DNA from: Clostridiales bacterium
GTDB lineage: Bacteria > Bacillota > Clostridia > Oscillospirales > Oscillospiraceae
Length of the DNA stretch: 42,635 nucleotides
Direction of reading: 5' to 3'
Assembly: GCA_019421525.1 (NCBI GenBank)
Contig: JAHZFC010000001.1
Location: 1-42,635, forward strand
Shown: positions 33,632-41,011 of the stretch, piece after piece
Numbering within the stretch: position 1 is the first letter of the stretch
Layout of the letters: each line of letters starts with the position of its first letter
Program-made: the position numbers and the translations under genes
The notes under the pieces: generated by a model
Database searches by the model: none
Seen by the model: only the letters and a program-made list of their open reading frames with translations
Told to the model about the DNA's origin: nothing

Positions 33632-34455
33632 GTGGTCACCTCCGGGTCCGGGGCCCAGTAGCACCCGGATTCCGGCGGATCCGGCGGCAGAAGGCTCATG
33701 TCTACGCCCTCGTTCTCCCAGGCCCGCTGATTGAGCCAGCTGGAGCAATAGGGGATATAGTCGCCATGATCCTTTTGCCACTGCCTGGACTTCTTGTCCC
33801 GGTCAAGGCCGACCAGCATTCGCTCGTATGTATCCTGGTCCGGCCTTAGCTTGTCCCAGGCCCTGATGGCCGCAATCCGGTTGTCATGCCTGGGATATTC
33901 CTTGTCCCAAAATTCGTTGAACAACTCAGGCAGATATTTGGCTTGAGACCGTCCCTGCCGTCCGCCCCCCTGCCCCAAAAGGGTAGGGGTTTTATTTATT
34001 TGTTTATTTATTACTTGTTTATTATTTATTTGTGGCGAGTTTATCGTGTACGGATCATCCGTGTACGATGGATCAGGACACGGTAGTGTCGCATCTTCCG
34101 CCGTGTCCTGATCTTCATGACACGGCTTTTCTTCCGGCTCGTTCAAAAAAATCGGCTTGCCGGAAACCAGATACCCCGCTTTGGCGAACTGCCCTGCCGA
34201 TTCACGGGCCTGGGGCTTTCTCTTCACATATCCCGCAACCTCCAGCTCCGCCATCATCTTGGACATGGTGTCTTTGGTCACCCCCGCGATCTTGGCCATG
34301 CCGCGGATGGAAAAATCCCAGTCCGGGCGGCAGCTTAACATCATGATGAGCACCATTCTGGTCTGAAGGCGAAGGCGGTCATCCTGGATCAGCGCCTTCG
34401 GGATCCTGGAATACGGGTCCTCGTCCCGGATGATCTCGATTTGCCTGTCAGTCAT
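33628..34455 (-). CDS. Phage replication initiator (N-terminal winged HTH)
   Basis: YSRIP..LIQD.RL, PDWDFS..G, EL...GYV; C-terminal F.EFW..YP, YIPY.SSWLNQ.AWE; upstream of DnaB. Confidence 0.85.
   Translation of the reverse strand: MTDRQIEIIRDEDPYSRIPKALIQDDRLRLQTRMVLIMMLSCRPDWDFSIRGMAKIAGVTKDTMSKMMAELEVAGYVKRKPQARESAGQFAKAGYLVSGKPIFLNEPEEKPCHEDQDTAEDATLPCPDPSYTDDPYTINSPQINNKQVINKQINKTPTLLGQGGGRQGRSQAKYLPELFNEFWDKEYPRHDNRIAAIRAWDKLRPDQDTYERMLVGLDRDKKSRQWQKDHGDYIPYCSSWLNQRAWENEGVDMSLLPPDPPESGCYWAPDPEVTT
33990..34125. other. Probable phage replication origin inside the initiator gene
   Basis: AT-rich TTTATT/TTGTTT repeats 33990-34031; CGTGTAC repeats; inverted repeat ATCAGGACACGG (34072-83) / CCGTGTCCTGAT (34101-12). 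Confidence 0.6.
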
Positions 34456-34847
34456 AGCTGGTCGCTCCTTTCCGTGCGGGCGGCATGCTCCGATTCCTCC
34501 CCGATTGCGATCCACCAGTATCCGTCCGTAACGCTGGGCTTCAAGAGAAGGAGCCCTTCCTGACAGAGATGCTCAACGGCACGCTTATGCTCCTGCGCAT
34601 CAAAGAGGCCCGAAAAACTTCCAAACAAATACCTCGATGTATACCTGCGCCACCAACGCCCCGCTTCTTCCATCCAACCTTCATCTCGGGGCCACCCGCT
34701 GGATAACTTCATTTGAAGTTCAGTCGAGAAAAAATAGTAAAGTTGGTTGAAAATAATTGCCTCCACAATGCCATACCTCTTGGCGAACCTGGCATCAAAG
34801 TGAATGTTTGGATATATCACCGGGCTATAAACATAGTCGTTCAGCAT
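34452..34847 (-). CDS. Replication-initiator N-terminal-like protein
   Basis: FD..FAK.YG..EAII..QL.Y and L...GLL motifs of phage wHTH initiators. Confidence 0.55.
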   Translation of the reverse strand: MLNDYVYSPVIYPNIHFDARFAKRYGIVEAIIFNQLYYFFSTELQMKLSSGWPRDEGWMEEAGRWWRRYTSRYLFGSFSGLFDAQEHKRAVEHLCQEGLLLLKPSVTDGYWWIAIGEESEHAARTERSDQL

Positions 34848-35161
34848 GTTTCATTCTCCTTTGTCCTCATGGTGTTTCTTTCCTTTCCTGATTTTTCTTT
34901 GTCCGGATATCGCAGGGCAAAGCACAGTTCCACCACTTCGTCCACTGCGCCCTGTACCTGCTCCAGCTGCCTTACGATGACATACAGTGCCGCCAGATAC
35001 GCATGCATCCGGCGCAGGAGCCCCACTGCGGCGCCCTGTTCATCCGCCTGGCTGGAAACGATGGTCTCTCCGGACAGATTTCCCAGCAAAAGGGGCATAG
35101 CGAGCATGCACTCGCTCAGGGCGCACTGAGCCGATTCCATCTTGTCGATGATCTCGTCCAT
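34841..35161 (-). CDS. Hypothetical protein
   Basis: ATG 35161 with GGAGGG RBS, behind promoter TTGACT(35235-30)-17bp-TATAGT(35212-07). Confidence 0.6.
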   Translation of the reverse strand: MDEIIDKMESAQCALSECMLAMPLLLGNLSGETIVSSQADEQGAAVGLLRRMHAYLAALYVIVRQLEQVQGAVDEVVELCFALRYPDKEKSGKERNTMRTKENETC

Positions 35162-35256
35162 ATGTATCCCTCCACTACGTACAATATGCACGTTCTTTAT
35201 GGTCACACTATAGCGTACAATTAGCACGTAGTCAAGACTATTTTGGAGGAAATTTT

Positions 35257-35484
35257 ATGTTTGGGAAAAAATTGCGCGAAGTACGAATGGCCCGACATAT
35301 GACACAGCAAAAGCTATCTGATGCTGTTGGGCTTGCTCTGAGAAGCTACCAGTGCTATGAGCAGGGCACACGCGAGCCATCTCTGGATATGCTGGTAAAA
35401 CTCGCAGATGTGTTAGAAGTTCCTACCGATTATTTGCTTTGCCGGGATTTGTCTCTCTTAAAGTCCTTTGATGGATTCCAGTGA
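35257..35484 (+). CDS. XRE-family HTH regulator
   Basis: LREVR...MTQQKLSDAVG...YQCYEQGTREPS...LADVL.V.TDYLL; GGAGG RBS. Confidence 0.92.
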   Translation: MFGKKLREVRMARHMTQQKLSDAVGLALRSYQCYEQGTREPSLDMLVKLADVLEVPTDYLLCRDLSLLKSFDGFQ

Positions 35485-35638
35485 AATCCTCGATAGCATC
35501 CCAAATCTCAAAGTCCCCAGTCCTATCTCCAGCTTCTATCTGCTGGTAATACCTCAGACTGATTCCCAGCTTGTCCGCCATGGCCTGTTGGGTCATCCCC
35601 GCCGTCTTTCGTGCGGCCCGCAGATTTTGACGGCCCAA
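35423..35638 (-). CDS. XRE-family HTH regulator (convergent, overlapping the previous gene)
   Basis: LRAARK.AGMTQQAMADKLGISLRYYQQIEAG; TTG start with GGAGTG RBS. Confidence 0.85.
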   Translation of the reverse strand: MGRQNLRAARKTAGMTQQAMADKLGISLRYYQQIEAGDRTGDFEIWDAIEDFTGIHQRTLRETNPGKANNR

Positions 35639-35639
35639 A

Positions 35640-35903
35640 TCACTCCCCCCTTGCAAAGTGGATTTGTCTGTGGTATAGTTGTTGTGTTCTCATGGTGGAC
35701 CTGACCAGTCCATCGGCCCGGGTGGGTGCGCAAGCGCCTGCCCGGGTCTTTTTTTGCGCCCAGCTCCGGGGCAGCAAGGCCAGCGCCCCCAACGCGGCCC
35801 CCGCCGCCAGGAAGCCCACCGGCCCCAGCCTGTCCAGCAGGCTGTCCGCCCCGCAGCAGTACAGCAGCAGGGCCAGGAAGGCGCACCCTCTCAGCAGTTT
35901 CAT
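35640..35903 (-). CDS. Small membrane protein
   Basis: MKLLRGCAFLALLLYCCGADSL...FLAAGAALGALALL. Confidence 0.6.
   Translation of the reverse strand: MKLLRGCAFLALLLYCCGADSLLDRLGPVGFLAAGAALGALALLPRSWAQKKTRAGACAPTRADGLVRSTMRTQQLYHRQIHFARGE
35685..35756 (+). ncRNA. Putative antisense sRNA in the early operon
   Basis: TTGCAA(35651-56)-17bp-TGn-TATAGT(35674-79); hairpin CCCGGGTGGGTGC-GCAA-GCGCCTGCCCGGG followed by TCTTTTTTT. Confidence 0.55.
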
Positions 35904-35919
35904 TCCCGTGTCGCCCCCC

Positions 35920-36261
35920 TCAGTTGAAGAGTTCCATCTTAAAGTCACTCATCTCGGCCTGGACCGTCTCATGGACCGCCTTTGTGACCTCCCCCCGGAC
36001 CATCATGCAGATTGTTGCATAGTCAAAGCACGGGATGCCCTCTCGCTTATACTTGACCAGTCCGCCGGGGCTGATCTTGTAGGTCAGGATGTCATCCTTG
36101 ACCGCGATCCCAAAGCTGGCCCGCCCCTCCCGGAGCGCCAGCCGGACGGTGGCCTCTGTCCAGTCTAAGTACCGGGCCGCCACACTGACTGGGACGTTGT
36201 CATATGCCAAGATCTCCTCGTCCGTAGGCACCGGCGGCCGCTCTCGTGTGCGTGGTCTCAC
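35920..36261 (-). CDS. DNA-binding protein, possible excisionase-like
   Basis: VSVAARYL...TVR.AL..G...FG.AV......Y.I wHTH-like pattern. Confidence 0.6.
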   Translation of the reverse strand: MRPRTRERPPVPTDEEILAYDNVPVSVAARYLDWTEATVRLALREGRASFGIAVKDDILTYKISPGGLVKYKREGIPCFDYATICMMVRGEVTKAVHETVQAEMSDFKMELFN

Positions 36262-36719
36262 TGCTGTCCCTCCTTGATGTTGCGCGCACAGCTCACCGCC
36301 ATGGCCGCGCTGGTTATGTCTTTGATCTTCGATACGATCCGCTCGAACCGTGGCCGCTCGGCCTCACTGATGACCCCGTCCCGGGCGATGTCGATGAGCT
36401 CCCGGTCTAATTTGTCATCCGCGAAGTCGTAGATGGCGTCCACCAGGGTCAGCACCGCCTCCGGCAGCCGCATGGTCTCCACGGCCGGCAGCAGGTCCCG
36501 GGCAAAATCCGCCGAGTTGCGCAGGTGCTGGGTGGCCAGCAGCTGGCTGTTATAGACCATCACCATCAGCTCCACCGTGGCGTTGGACGGGATGCGCACC
36601 CCTGTCTCATAGTCCGCCAGGGACCGCACGGAAATGCCCATCATCTCGGCGGCCTTCTCCTGGGTCAGACCTGCAACTTTCCGGGCGGCCTGATAGATAT
36701 TCCTGTGATCTGACTGCAT
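36258..36719 (-). CDS. XRE HTH regulator with CII-like C-terminus
   Basis: GLTQEKAAE.MGISVRSLADYETG; IARDGVIS..E motif. Confidence 0.85.
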   Translation of the reverse strand: MQSDHRNIYQAARKVAGLTQEKAAEMMGISVRSLADYETGVRIPSNATVELMVMVYNSQLLATQHLRNSADFARDLLPAVETMRLPEAVLTLVDAIYDFADDKLDRELIDIARDGVISEAERPRFERIVSKIKDITSAAMAVSCARNIKEGQQ

Positions 36720-36758
36720 GGCAAAAACCTCCTTGGGGTAGTATGCTTATGGTATGGA

Positions 36759-36962
36759 TCAGCTGGCGTCCTCAGTGGGCAGAAACAGCTCGTCGATGGA
36801 GCAGCCCAGCACCCGGGCCAACAGGGGCAGCTGACGGGCCCGGGGCAGGGCCACCTCGCTCTCCCAGTTGGACACTGCGGACGTCAGCACGCCCATACTG
36901 TCCGCTACCTGCTTCTGCGTCATGGATGCCGCTTCCCGCAGCTCTCGAATCCTCATGATCAT
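36759..36962 (-). CDS. Cro-like XRE repressor
   Basis: IRELRE...MTQKQVAD.MGV..SAVSNWE...LARVLGCSIDELF; divergent from CI. Confidence 0.88.
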   Translation of the reverse strand: MIMRIRELREAASMTQKQVADSMGVLTSAVSNWESEVALPRARQLPLLARVLGCSIDELFLPTEDAS

Positions 36963-37031
36963 GTGGTCGTCACCTCCCTTCTTGTCCCCCTCCCCCGCCC
37001 GTGGTAAAATGTGGCGGAAAGGAGCGGTCTC

Positions 37032-37346
37032 ATGGACTTTTCAAAAATCGTATTGCTTCCTGAAGAGATGTCATTGCTGAAGCGTTTGGCAAGGCGCTCT
37101 CCGCAAAGGATTCGTCCAGAGGATACAGATGCAGCCGCCGCCCTCTGTTCAAAATGGAGGCTCATCCAGCCAGAGAATAACGGGATGTACTCCGCAAATA
37201 AGGACGGGCGCCGCTATCTGGTCTACTGCAAAGCGCAGCGCAGAGACCTCTGGACGCGGAATCTATGGATTCCGATTATCGTGTCCCTCACCACAAACCT
37301 AGTGCTAGACGTGATAAGATGGTTGTCACCACAGATACTACGATAG
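37032..37346 (+). CDS. Lysogen-oriented protein with C-terminal TM anchor
   Basis: AAGGAG RBS, own promoter TTGTCC(36982-87)-17bp-TGn-TAAAAT(37005-10); C-terminal LWIPIIVSLTTNLVL. Confidence 0.75.
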   Translation: MDFSKIVLLPEEMSLLKRLARRSPQRIRPEDTDAAAALCSKWRLIQPENNGMYSANKDGRRYLVYCKAQRRDLWTRNLWIPIIVSLTTNLVLDVIRWLSPQILR

Positions 37347-37377
37347 GCTGCCAGTACTCCCTGAAGAATTTCTTCAC
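37288..37377 (-). CDS. 29-aa membrane peptide, first ORF of the lytic transcript
   Basis: GGAGGTG RBS, GTG start; MKKFFREYWQPIVVSVVTTILSRLALGLW. Confidence 0.65.
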   Translation of the reverse strand: MKKFFREYWQPIVVSVVTTILSRLALGLW

Positions 37378-37395
37378 CTCTTTCACCTCCGCACT

Positions 37396-37535
37396 TCAAA
37401 AGTGTTGATTCGTAAAATCAATAATCTTGATGTTTCTATATATACTTCATAATTTTTGATTTGTCAAGGTCATTTTCAAAATTTATTCAAGATTTTTGAT
37501 ATTCGGTTGCAATTCAAGACTTCAACTTTTATGAT
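37396..37535. promoter_or_regulatory. Lysis/lysogeny switch: divergent promoters and four 13-bp operators
   Basis: TCA-N7-TGA at 37396, 37418, 37447 and 37487; minus TTGACA 37467-62; plus TTGCAA(37507)-17bp-TATGAT(37530). Confidence 0.75.
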
Positions 37536-37546
37536 ATTGCCACGAG

Positions 37547-38152
37547 GTGATGTCAATGAATCGAATCCGTCAGCTACGGAACGCCAAGGGCATGAAGCAA
37601 TCAGACCTCGCGAATCAGCTTAATGTCAGGGCCAATACTATTTCGAACTGGGAAAATGAAAAGTCATACCCAGACCCTGCTTCGCTTCAAAAGCTCTCGG
37701 AAATCCTTGGGACAAGCATTGATTATCTGCTGGGTGGAAAACTCCCCCCGAAGGGCGAAGGAATACGCATCCCCGTCCTGGGAGATGTTGCCGCCGGCAT
37801 CCCCATCGAGGCCATCACCGACATCGTGGACTATGAGGAGATCGACGCGGCCATGGCTGCCACGGGAGAGTTTTTGGGGCTGCGCATCAAGGGCGACAGC
37901 ATGGAGCCCCGGATGATGGATGGCGACGTGGTCATCGTCCGCAAGCAGGACACCGCCGAGACCGGCGACACCGTGGTGGTGCTGGTCAACGGGGACAGCG
38001 CCACCGTCAAAAAAATAAAATACGGGCCGGACGGGATATCTCTGATCCCGACCAACCCGGTCCATGATGTGCAGTTTTACAGCGCCGCCGACGTGGAGCG
38101 CCTGCCTGTCCGGGTCATCGGACGGGTGGTGGAGCTCCGGGCGAAATATTGA
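37547..38152 (+). CDS. CI-like repressor (XRE HTH plus S24 autopeptidase)
   Basis: N-terminal HTH; VAAG cleavage site, GDSM catalytic Ser, TVKK catalytic Lys. Confidence 0.95.
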   Translation: MMSMNRIRQLRNAKGMKQSDLANQLNVRANTISNWENEKSYPDPASLQKLSEILGTSIDYLLGGKLPPKGEGIRIPVLGDVAAGIPIEAITDIVDYEEIDAAMAATGEFLGLRIKGDSMEPRMMDGDVVIVRKQDTAETGDTVVVLVNGDSATVKKIKYGPDGISLIPTNPVHDVQFYSAADVERLPVRVIGRVVELRAKY

Positions 38153-38168
38153 GGGGAGGAGGAGACAA

Positions 38169-38543
38169 ATGTATTGCTTTAAGTGCGGGAAACAGATTCC
38201 AGACGAAAGTGTATTTTGTTCATTTTGCGGAACCAGAGTTGACGGGTCTGAAACTAGCAGTAACGGTGCGGCCATCGAAGAGGTGAAATATGCCTTAACC
38301 ATTGATAGGAAAAGCCAGCCTTATCTAATCAATCCTCCGGTAAAGGTAATTATTGATGGAGACATCCGTTTTGGTGTAGACAATGGAAAAACTGAGACGG
38401 TTCCTGTGTCTTCAGGTCGCCACCAAATTGAATTGAAGATGAGCGTGCGCCAAAAAAACATAGAAGTAGATATCCAGAAGGATACGACTATTGAAATAGG
38501 ATTTAACCGCCTGACTGGGGCAATTACAGCTAACGTGGTATAG
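38169..38543 (+). CDS. Zinc-ribbon domain protein (immunity region)
   Basis: MYCFKCGKQIPDESVFCSFCG; GGAGG RBS; lower GC. Confidence 0.8.
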   Translation: MYCFKCGKQIPDESVFCSFCGTRVDGSETSSNGAAIEEVKYALTIDRKSQPYLINPPVKVIIDGDIRFGVDNGKTETVPVSSGRHQIELKMSVRQKNIEVDIQKDTTIEIGFNRLTGAITANVV

Positions 38544-38547
38544 TCCA

Positions 38548-38572
38548 AAATCCGCACACGTCTGCGGATTTG
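38548..38572. repeat. Palindrome copy 3 (intergenic, upstream of integrase)
   Basis: AAATCCGCA-CACGTC-TGCGGATTTG. Confidence 0.85.
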
Positions 38573-38579
38573 CCCAAAC

Positions 38580-38609
38580 AAAAGACCTCCCCCGGCTCCG
38601 GGGGAGGTT
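38580..38609. terminator. GC hairpin terminator between the zinc-ribbon gene and integrase
   Basis: ACCTCCCCCGG-CT-CCGGGGGAGGT; U-tract on the minus strand. Confidence 0.65.
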
Positions 38610-38679
38610 CTAAAAGCCCGCCTAATCGAACATTTGTATTATCATATAGGCCACTGAACAGAACGGAGGGATCACCAGC

Positions 38680-39711
38680 ATGAAACGAGCAAACGGCACC
38701 GGGAGCGTCGCCGACCTGGGCCCTGGCCGCCGGCGGCGCTACGCCGTGCGGGTGTCCTACCAGGAGCGCCCCGGCCTTTGGAAACAAAAATACCTCTCCT
38801 ACCACCGCACTGCCCGGGAGGCCCAGTCCGCACTGGACGAATACCTCAAGCCTGGTATCCCGGCGAAGGACCTGGCAGCCACCTGGGGCAGCGTGTACGA
38901 GGGCTGGTCTGCCCGGAAATACGCAAAAGCCGGGCCCGCCTCCGTCAACAGCTATAAAGCATCCTGGGGGCGGCTCTCAGTCCTGGAGCATAAACCGATG
39001 GTCAACATCACCATTGACGACCTCCAGGCCATCATCGACGAGGATGAACGCAAGGGGTTGTCTAAGTCCAGCATCAACAATGACAAAATCCTCATGAAAG
39101 CACTGTACAGGTATGCCATGGAGCGGGACATCGTTAACAAGGACTACTCCGCGTTTGTAGACCTCCCCATCGTAGGCGCCAAAGTGCAAAAGGGTGCCTT
39201 TGACGACCTCCAGATGGCCAAGCTGGAGCAGATGGCCGCCGATGGCGTGCCCTGGGCCGACACGGCCCTCATGCTGTGCTATACCGGATTCCGGGTGTCG
39301 GAGTTCCTCGGCCTCACCCGATTTGCCTACCATGCCGACGGAGACTACCTCCAGGGCGGTATAAAAACAGCGGCCGGCCGAGGGCGCATCGTCCCGGTGC
39401 ATCCACAGATCAAGCCGTATCTCATGGCCTGGCTGGCCCGCGGCGGGGACACCATCATATGCAAGGATGATGGCAGCCCGATCTCGTCGGATGCCTACCG
39501 CGCGCAATTTGCCGCTGTTGCCGCTGCTCTTGGCGTCCCGGATGCCACGCCCCACTGGTGCCGCCATACTGCGGCCTCCAGGATGCGGATGGCGGGCATG
39601 GATGAGCTGGCCGTCAAGCGCATCCTCGGGCATGCAAACAAAGATATTACCGACCATTACACCCATGTGGATGTGGACTATTTGCGCCGGGAGATCCTCA
39701 AGGTCTCATAG
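38680..39711 (+). CDS. int: Tyrosine integrase
   Basis: N-terminal RANGTGS arm domain; YTGFRVSE, KT.AG..R.VP, HWCRHT, ILGH, T.HYTH catalytic motifs. Confidence 0.95.
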   Translation: MKRANGTGSVADLGPGRRRRYAVRVSYQERPGLWKQKYLSYHRTAREAQSALDEYLKPGIPAKDLAATWGSVYEGWSARKYAKAGPASVNSYKASWGRLSVLEHKPMVNITIDDLQAIIDEDERKGLSKSSINNDKILMKALYRYAMERDIVNKDYSAFVDLPIVGAKVQKGAFDDLQMAKLEQMAADGVPWADTALMLCYTGFRVSEFLGLTRFAYHADGDYLQGGIKTAAGRGRIVPVHPQIKPYLMAWLARGGDTIICKDDGSPISSDAYRAQFAAVAAALGVPDATPHWCRHTAASRMRMAGMDELAVKRILGHANKDITDHYTHVDVDYLRREILKVS

Positions 39712-39892
39712 GGATTGTGGCTTACAGCAAAAAGCTGTATAAAATGACGGATTGCAAAAAGTGCTTGATTCTTTTGATTTTGACTGGTTTTGTTTTCTTT
39801 TGTGTTCTAGAATGTTACCATTATTCAAATTTACTTATGATTGTATTAAACAGCGCAGGAGCGGCGGGGACGCCCGCCGCTCCTATCTCGAT

Positions 39893-40837
39893 TCATGCTG
39901 TATGGTACTCTTCTCTGTCCCGGGCCGGCCTTTGTCCGTCCTCCTCGTTTTGGAAATATCCTTTGGCTACCTGGATAAAGAGGCGCGCCTCTTCGCTCAG
40001 CGGTCTGCCCCTCCTCATGCCGATCCCCACCCGAAAAGCCGTTCGTTCTGGATAAAGGGGATAGATGCGCACCCCTGGGGCCTCGCCAAAGGTCTGCCGG
40101 GCATAGTGGTCAGGGAAAACAGCCGCCTCCAGTCCCTTTATACACCGATAGACCACCACGTCCTGATCATCCAGCATTTCTGCCGAAAAGCTGCCCGGGA
40201 TATGGCACCCGTCCCTCCTGTCCATCGCCCCAGAGGCCATCGGCAACTGCCCGCAGTCCTCGAGCGAAGCCCGTTCCCGCAGCCAGCGATCTCGTTCCCG
40301 CCATCGGTCGCCATAAGTCCGCCGGAGCAGCTCCTCTGACACCACAAGGCTCAGGATGTCCTGGAACAGTACCGTTCCCTCTACCCCAGGACCAAAGGGC
40401 ATATTCCCCACGATCAGCTCCGCGCCAGGCTGGGGCGATGTCTGCTCCTCATAGATAGAGCTTGGATGGAGCAGGTGCACTTCAACGTCCGGGGCGATCT
40501 GCTGGAACTGTGCGATCACCGGAGGCAGAAAGGGCGGTGTCCACACCAGTCCTGTGGAGATCACCAAACGGCGCCCATGCTCACCCAGCCGCGCCACCTG
40601 CTGCTCCAGGTGTGCCATTGCCATCAACACATCTTTTGCCGTTTCATAGACCAATCTCCCCGCTTCCGTCAGCCGGACCGGCTTTGTCCGTTCCAGCAGG
40701 GGCCTTCGGTAGTGCTTTTCCAACCGCCGGATCTGATCGCTGAGGGCCTGCTGTGACATATAACGATCCCGCGCCGCCTGAGAAAAGCTTCCTGCCTCTA
40801 CCACATCCAAAAGGCATTGTAGGTTGTCCAGATTCAT
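39893..40837 (-). CDS. LysR-family transcriptional regulator (host)
   Basis: GSFSQAA...MSQQALSDQIRRLE....LL.R..PV.LT.AG N-terminal HTH. Confidence 0.93.
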   Translation of the reverse strand: MNLDNLQCLLDVVEAGSFSQAARDRYMSQQALSDQIRRLEKHYRRPLLERTKPVRLTEAGRLVYETAKDVLMAMAHLEQQVARLGEHGRRLVISTGLVWTPPFLPPVIAQFQQIAPDVEVHLLHPSSIYEEQTSPQPGAELIVGNMPFGPGVEGTVLFQDILSLVVSEELLRRTYGDRWRERDRWLRERASLEDCGQLPMASGAMDRRDGCHIPGSFSAEMLDDQDVVVYRCIKGLEAAVFPDHYARQTFGEAPGVRIYPLYPERTAFRVGIGMRRGRPLSEEARLFIQVAKGYFQNEEDGQRPARDREEYHTA

Positions 40838-41011
40838 ATCTATCCCCCTCTGCGCCGTCCCAAGATCTCAGTCTTTTTTCAGTTTAGCACGCGGGAGGTC
40901 ATTTGTCACGAGCCCTCACAAGTATTTTCTTGTGAGAGACAAAAAAATCCTGTTTGCAGGGGGATCCCCGCTCTGCTATGATAAAACCACCAAATGAAAG
41001 GAGCGGAACCC

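Larger units (their letters stand above)
1..39830. mobile_element. Temperate prophage (HK97-type head, PBSX/Xkd-type contractile tail); left end outside the window, right end approximate
   Basis: Complete module order from integrase to holin-like genes; host genes resume at 39893. Confidence 0.95.

Noticed and set aside
36503..36524. AAAATCCGCCGAGTTGCGCAGG as a fourth palindrome copy
   Set aside because: Only the left half matches; the right arm is not complementary
39712..39892. tRNA or tmRNA at the integration site
   Set aside because: No cloverleaf, T-loop or CCA end is visible
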